Under the pieces are notes generated by a model, which worked only from the letters and a program-made list of their open reading frames with translations, did not search any database and was not told where the DNA came from. The position numbers and the translations under genes are program-made. 43,959 nucleotides of DNA from Candidatus Sysuimicrobiota bacterium (GTDB lineage: Bacteria; Sysuimicrobiota; Sysuimicrobiia; Sysuimicrobiales; Sysuimicrobiaceae): positions 1 to 43,959 of the forward strand of contig PSLI01000015.1 of NCBI GenBank assembly GCA_040289515.1, in the 5' to 3' direction. Within the stretch, counting starts at the first letter, position 1. Each line of letters begins with the position of its first letter. Shown here in pieces: positions 39,527 to 43,959 of this stretch.

Positions 39527-39850
39527 TCAGACCGCGGACTCCACCGTCCCTACCAGCAACGTGAGCGTCGCGCCGAACCGGCGCACCATCTCCGCGGCGT
39601 CCCTGCCCGCGTCTGCCATGGCGGGGCTGCGCAAGGCCTGCCGGAGGTCCTCCTCGGTGGCGAAGGTAGCCTCGAACACCTGGTGGTACGGTGCCTCCCC
39701 GCCGGAGGGGGTGCCGGTTATGCGCACCACGTAGTAGGACTGCAGCCCGGGCCAGCGCTTCACCAGCTCCAGGTGGACCTGCCGGTAGTGACGGTCAAAC
39801 TCTTCCGCGTCTTTGGGCCTGCCCCACAGGGCCAGCAACTTGGCGCTCAT
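39527..39850 (-). CDS. EthD family protein
   Basis: 'KLLALWGRPKDAEEFDRHYRQVH...PGL...ALRSP'; GGAGG RBS. Confidence 0.85.
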   Translation of the reverse strand: MSAKLLALWGRPKDAEEFDRHYRQVHLELVKRWPGLQSYYVVRITGTPSGGEAPYHQVFEATFATEEDLRQALRSPAMADAGRDAAEMVRRFGATLTLLVGTVESAV

Positions 39851-39906
39851 ATCCTCCCCCGTTTTTTGCCAACATCCTGGCGCGTGCGGGGCCGAGGGGT
39901 CAACCG

Positions 39907-39940
39907 CGCTGGTCTACAATGGACGCTGGTCTACAATGGA
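39907..39940 (+). repeat. Exact 17 bp tandem duplication
   Basis: CGCTGGTCTACAATGGA x2 in the divergent intergenic region. Confidence 0.9.
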
Positions 39941-39963
39941 CAGGGAAAGAGGGGTAGGGCTTC

Positions 39964-40311
39964 ATGGCGCTGGTGCTGAGCTTCCGGTGTGGCCGCTGCG
40001 GCCAGGAGTACGCGGTCTACTACCCTAAAGCCCTCGTCTACCCCCTGTACGGCCAGGGGACTCGGGAGCAGGGGGCTCAGGAGGACGAGCGGGAGGCCCG
40101 CAGCGGCGCGCTGCGGGCCCTGCAGGAGCGCGCGCAGCAGCAGGGGAAGATCTGGGTTGACGCCGGCGAGCGGCAGCAGGTGGTGTGCGCGTGCGGCAAG
40201 ACCCTGACCCTGGACCTCGCCCAGCACCCCAGGGTTCCCCAGAGCCGACCGGGTGCGGCCCGCCAGGTGGGGTTGATCCCCTTCGGGCCGGCACCCATGA
40301 AGTCTTCGTGA
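39964..40311 (+). CDS. Small hypothetical protein, putative zinc ribbon
   Basis: CGRC near the N-terminus and CACG near the C-terminus; purine-rich RBS. Confidence 0.6.
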   Translation: MALVLSFRCGRCGQEYAVYYPKALVYPLYGQGTREQGAQEDEREARSGALRALQERAQQQGKIWVDAGERQQVVCACGKTLTLDLAQHPRVPQSRPGAARQVGLIPFGPAPMKSS

Positions 40312-40381
40312 TGGCTGCTGCGGCGCGCCCGCAGGCGGCGGACTCGCGTCGCAGCACGACTCACGGGAGAGGAGAAATGTC

Positions 40382-42841
40382 ATGGCGGTGAACCGCGAAG
40401 AGCTGCAGGTGGCACCCGAGCGCTTGCGCTGGGTCTGCGACCCCTCCCAGCTGGAGTTTGACACGGTGGCGGAGCTGGCCCCCGAGCGCTCCCTGGTGGG
40501 GCAGGAGCGGGCGGTGCGGGCGCTGGACCTGGGCCTGTCGGTGCAGCAGCCCATGTTCCACGTGTTCGTGGTGGGGCCGGTGGGCACAGGCCGGACCACA
40601 TACACTCAGGCCAAGGTCCGCGAGGCGGCCCGCACCATGCCCACGCCCCCGGACTGGTGCTACGTGTACAACTTCAAGGACCCCAGCCAGCCCCTGGCCC
40701 TGAGTTTTCCCCCAGGGGAAGGACGCCGGTTCGTGACGGCCATGCAGTCCCTGGTAGAGGAGCTGCGCAACGCCATCCGCCAGGTGCTGGCCAGCGAACA
40801 CTTCGAGGTCATGAAGCGGCAAACCCTGGAGCGGCTGGAATCGGAGGCCAACCGGGTGTGGCAGGAGCTGGAGGCCGTGGCGCGGCAGAAGGGGTTTTTG
40901 GTACAGCGGACCCCTTTGGGCATCACCACGGTACCCGTAAGCCCGTCCGGCCAGCCCATGGCGCAGGAGGAGTTCGACCGGCTGCCGGGCATCCTCAAGG
41001 ACCGGCTCACGCAGGCCAACCGGGAGCTGCAGGAGGAAGTGGCGGAGGCATTGCGCAAGGTGCGCGGCATCGAGCGGCAGGCCCGGGAGGCGGTGGCCCA
41101 GCTGGAACGGGAAGCGGTGCTGGCGGCCATCCGGGACCCCATCCAGCGCCTGCGGGATCGCTACCGGGAGCGGCCCGAGGTGGTAGCGTACCTGGACGCG
41201 CTGCAGGAGGACGTGCTGGAGCACAAGGACGCCTTCCGGGAGGAGGAGGGCCAGCCACAGCTACCGCCTCCCCTGGCGGCTTTGCGCCGCAGCGTGTTGG
41301 ACCGCTACGAGGTGAACCTCCTGGTGGACAACGGAGACGTGCAGGGCGCGCCCGTGGTGTTCGAGACGAACCCCTCCTACTACAACCTGTTCGGCAAGGT
41401 GGAGTACCGGGGCGAACTGGGCACCATGGTGACGGACTTCCGCATGATTCGGCCGGGCGCGGTGCACCGGGCCAACGGGGGCTTCTTGCTCCTCAACGCG
41501 CGGGACGTGCTGCTGCAGCTGGCCTCCTACGACGCCCTCAAGCGGGCCCTGCGCAGCGGGGAGGTGCGGGTGGAGAACCTCTCCGAGCAGTACGGGCTGA
41601 TCCCCACCGCTACCCTGCGGCCGCAGCCCATCCCCTTGCGGCTCAAGGTGGTGCTCATTGGCCCTCCCGACCTGTACTACCTGCTCTACCGGTACGATGA
41701 GGACTTCCGGAAGATGTTCCGGGTCAAGGCGGACTTCGACTCCGTGATGCCCCGCACGGAGGAGAACATGCGCCGCGTGGCCGCGGCTCTGGCCGCCATG
41801 TGCCGGGACGACGGGGTCTGCCCGTGCGACCGGGGCGCGGTGGCCAAGATCCTGGAGTACAGCGCGCGCCTGGCAGAATCGCAGGACAAGCTGTCCACGC
41901 GGTTCGGGGAGATCAAGCAGGTGCTGGTGGAGGCCTCCGCCTGGGCGGAACGGGAGGGGCAGCGGGTGGTAGCGGCCCGGCACGTGCAGAAGGCCCTGGA
42001 GGAACGCATCTACCGCAGCAACCTGATCGAGGAGAAGATCCACGAGCTCATCCAAAAAAGGCAGCTGTACGTGGACGTGGATGGCGCGGTGATCGGGCAG
42101 ATCAACGGGTTGTCCGTGTGGCACCTGGGGGACTACGCCTTCGCCCGGCCCACGCGCATTACCGCCCGCGCCTTCGTGGGGACCCGGGGTGTGGTGAACA
42201 TCGAGCGGGAGATCAACCTCTCGGGGCCCATCCACAGCAAGGGGGTCCTGATCCTGAGCGGCTACCTGGGGGGCCAGTACGCGGCCCAGCGGCCCCTGAG
42301 CCTTTCCGCCAGCCTCACCTTTGAGCAGACCTACGAGGAGGTGGAGGGCGACTCCGCCTCCGCGGCGGAGCTGTACGCCCTGCTAAGCGTCCTGGCGGAC
42401 GTGCCCCTGCAGCAGGGCATCGCGGTCACCGGCTCGGTGAACCAGCGGGGTGAGATCCAGCCCATCGGCGGCGTGAACGAGAAGATCGAGGGGTTCTACG
42501 CGGTGTGCAACGCCAAGGGGCTCACGGGGCGGCAGGGGGTCATCATCCCGTACAGCAACCTCTCCAACCTCATGCTGCGGGAGGAAGTGGTGGAGGCGGT
42601 GCGGGCAGGGCGGTTCCACGTGTGGGCGGTGCGGCACCTGGACGAGGGGCTGGAGATCCTCACGGGCATGCCCGCGGGGCAGGTCCGGCCGGACGGGAGC
42701 TTCCCCGAAGGCACCTTCCACGCCCGGGTGGCCGCACGGCTGGAGGAGTTCGCGGAGCGTCTGCGCCGGATGCGCGGCCAACGGCCCGAGGCGGAGCGGG
42801 AGCCGGAGGAGGACCGCAACCGCGAAGCAAGCGCCGGCTAG
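40382..42841 (+). CDS. Lon-family protease, LonC/LonB-like (AAA-like, coiled coil, S16 protease domain)
   Basis: 'GQERA', 'GPVGTGRT', 'HRANGGFL', catalytic Ser in 'EGDSAS' and Lys in 'GGVNEKIEGF'; no TM segment evident. Confidence 0.9.
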   Translation: MAVNREELQVAPERLRWVCDPSQLEFDTVAELAPERSLVGQERAVRALDLGLSVQQPMFHVFVVGPVGTGRTTYTQAKVREAARTMPTPPDWCYVYNFKDPSQPLALSFPPGEGRRFVTAMQSLVEELRNAIRQVLASEHFEVMKRQTLERLESEANRVWQELEAVARQKGFLVQRTPLGITTVPVSPSGQPMAQEEFDRLPGILKDRLTQANRELQEEVAEALRKVRGIERQAREAVAQLEREAVLAAIRDPIQRLRDRYRERPEVVAYLDALQEDVLEHKDAFREEEGQPQLPPPLAALRRSVLDRYEVNLLVDNGDVQGAPVVFETNPSYYNLFGKVEYRGELGTMVTDFRMIRPGAVHRANGGFLLLNARDVLLQLASYDALKRALRSGEVRVENLSEQYGLIPTATLRPQPIPLRLKVVLIGPPDLYYLLYRYDEDFRKMFRVKADFDSVMPRTEENMRRVAAALAAMCRDDGVCPCDRGAVAKILEYSARLAESQDKLSTRFGEIKQVLVEASAWAEREGQRVVAARHVQKALEERIYRSNLIEEKIHELIQKRQLYVDVDGAVIGQINGLSVWHLGDYAFARPTRITARAFVGTRGVVNIEREINLSGPIHSKGVLILSGYLGGQYAAQRPLSLSASLTFEQTYEEVEGDSASAAELYALLSVLADVPLQQGIAVTGSVNQRGEIQPIGGVNEKIEGFYAVCNAKGLTGRQGVIIPYSNLSNLMLREEVVEAVRAGRFHVWAVRHLDEGLEILTGMPAGQVRPDGSFPEGTFHARVAARLEEFAERLRRMRGQRPEAEREPEEDRNREASAG

Positions 42842-42908
42842 GTTCAGCACTTCTTCTACAACACACCCGCATGCTTCCAGCCGGAAAACCCCGGGGCGGG
42901 AGGTGCCG

Positions 42909-43345
42909 ATGAGCCTCCTTCGGCCTGTGGGCCGCCGCGGCAGCGTCCGAGCAGGGCCTGGAGCGCTACCGGGTGGTACCCGAGGAGTCGAAGGCGCGCT
43001 ACCGGGTGCCGGAAACGTTCCTGAGGGACATGCAGTACAACGTGGCCGTGGGCAGGACCCGCCGGGTGGACGGGGAGGTGCCGGTAAACCGGCGGAACCC
43101 CGCCGCCAGCCGAGTGGGCCCCATCGTGGTGGACTTCAGCACCTTGGAGTCCGACAGCCCGCGGCGGGGCAACGCCATCCGGGAGCGGTGGCTGGAGTCC
43201 GCGCGCTTTCCCACCGCGCCGTTCGTTTCCACCGCCATCCGGGACGCGCCCCCCGCCTACCGGAAGGGGGAGCCCGTGGAGCTGGTGGGTAACCTGACGG
43301 TCCGCGAGGTGACCCGCCCGGTGACGTGCAGGACCACCGTGCGGT
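42909..43345 (+). pseudogene. YceI-family protein, frameshifted and truncated
   Basis: 'EESKARYRV', 'STLESDSPRRGNAIRERWLESARFP', 'GNLTVREVTRPVT'; the RBS-linked ATG is out of frame with the domain. Confidence 0.65.
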
Positions 43346-43520
43346 CATGGCGGAACTCGCGCAGCTCCTGGGGGGCAGCGCAGGTCCCGGCGATCTTCAC
43401 CACCCATTCTATAGCGGCTTCGCGGGAAGGAAGTTCCAGGATGCAGAAACCGCCGTCTGAGCCCCTGGTCTCGGGGTAGGTCTCGTTCGCGACGGTACCG
43501 TCGGCGGCGACGATCTGGCC
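43345..43520 (-). pseudogene. YciI (DGPF-type) protein C-terminal fragment
   Basis: Unlisted frame reads 'VAADGTVANETYPETRGSDGGFCILELPSREAAIEWVVKIAGTCAAPQELREF'; N-terminal half not evident. Confidence 0.6.
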
Positions 43521-43546
43521 CCCACGAAACCGGCCGGGCGCGCCAC

Positions 43547-43807
43547 TCAGCCTCGGTTGCGGACCACCAGCCCGTACAGGAACAGCACGAGCAAGGCACC
43601 GCCGACCGCAATCGCCATGCTCCGCAGGTCGAAGCCGCTAATGCCCCCGAAGCCGAGCACGTAGGTGCCGATGAAGCCACCGACGACGGCACCCACGATG
43701 CCGAGAACGATGGTGAGGATGATTCCTCCACCCTGTTGGCCCGGCATGATGAACTTCGCTAAGGCGCCGGCAATTAGGCCGAAGACGATCCACGCTAAGA
43801 TGCCCAT
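43547..43807 (-). CDS. GlsB/YeaQ/YmgE (transglycosylase-associated) membrane protein
   Basis: 'MGILAWIVFGLIAGALAKFIMPG...TIVLGIVGAVVGGFIG'. Confidence 0.92.
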   Translation of the reverse strand: MGILAWIVFGLIAGALAKFIMPGQQGGGIILTIVLGIVGAVVGGFIGTYVLGFGGISGFDLRSMAIAVGGALLVLFLYGLVVRNRG

Positions 43808-43959
43808 AACGACACACCTCTACAGTACTGAGTTTTCATAAAGCTAACCTCCTGGTCACGTCCCGTCAAGTGGTGGAAAATCGGCTCCCCTTCGGTTTTG
43901 CGCCTTACATCGCCGGCGTCGCCAAAGAGGTCATCCGTTCATCGCCGGTCAACGCCCCG

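Overview
A very GC-rich bacterial window. Its lineage cannot be established from the sequence alone. It has five zones. (1) 95-4570: a minus-strand catabolic/uptake operon (NitT/TauT ABC parts, CaiB CoA-transferase, SDR) whose HpaB/4-hydroxybutyryl-CoA-dehydratase-family first gene is broken and has lost its 5' end. (2) 4570-14450: an IS-scarred zone with an IS481 remnant, an inverted second IS481 end, an IS21 with a dead istB and several pseudogenes. It encloses an intact redox/hypoxia-type module (Rrf2, USP, CBS-BON, Cys-GAF histidine kinase, CBS). (3) 14596-21272: CopD-like and His-rich membrane proteins beside an A2-type heme-copper oxidase operon (II-I-IV-III) that appears to lack the K-channel lysine, followed by a radical SAM/SPASM gene. 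(4) 21336-36323: an intact, tightly coupled, GntR-headed 15 kb operon. It encodes an M29/NicX-fold protein, cyclase, VOC, C-N hydrolase, SDR, a Liv-type ABC transporter and a molybdenum hydroxylase with one FAD, one Fe-S and TWO large subunits. This is the best candidate for an undescribed N-heteroaromatic catabolic pathway. (5) 37161-43959: tRNA-Lys(TTT), whose 3' end faces zones 1-4, then housekeeping-like genes (CDGSH, alpha/beta hydrolase, SOS-boxed radical SAM, EthD, LonC-type protease) and small remnants. No CRISPR array, rRNA or integrase was seen. All family calls come from recognising motifs by eye, not from database searches.
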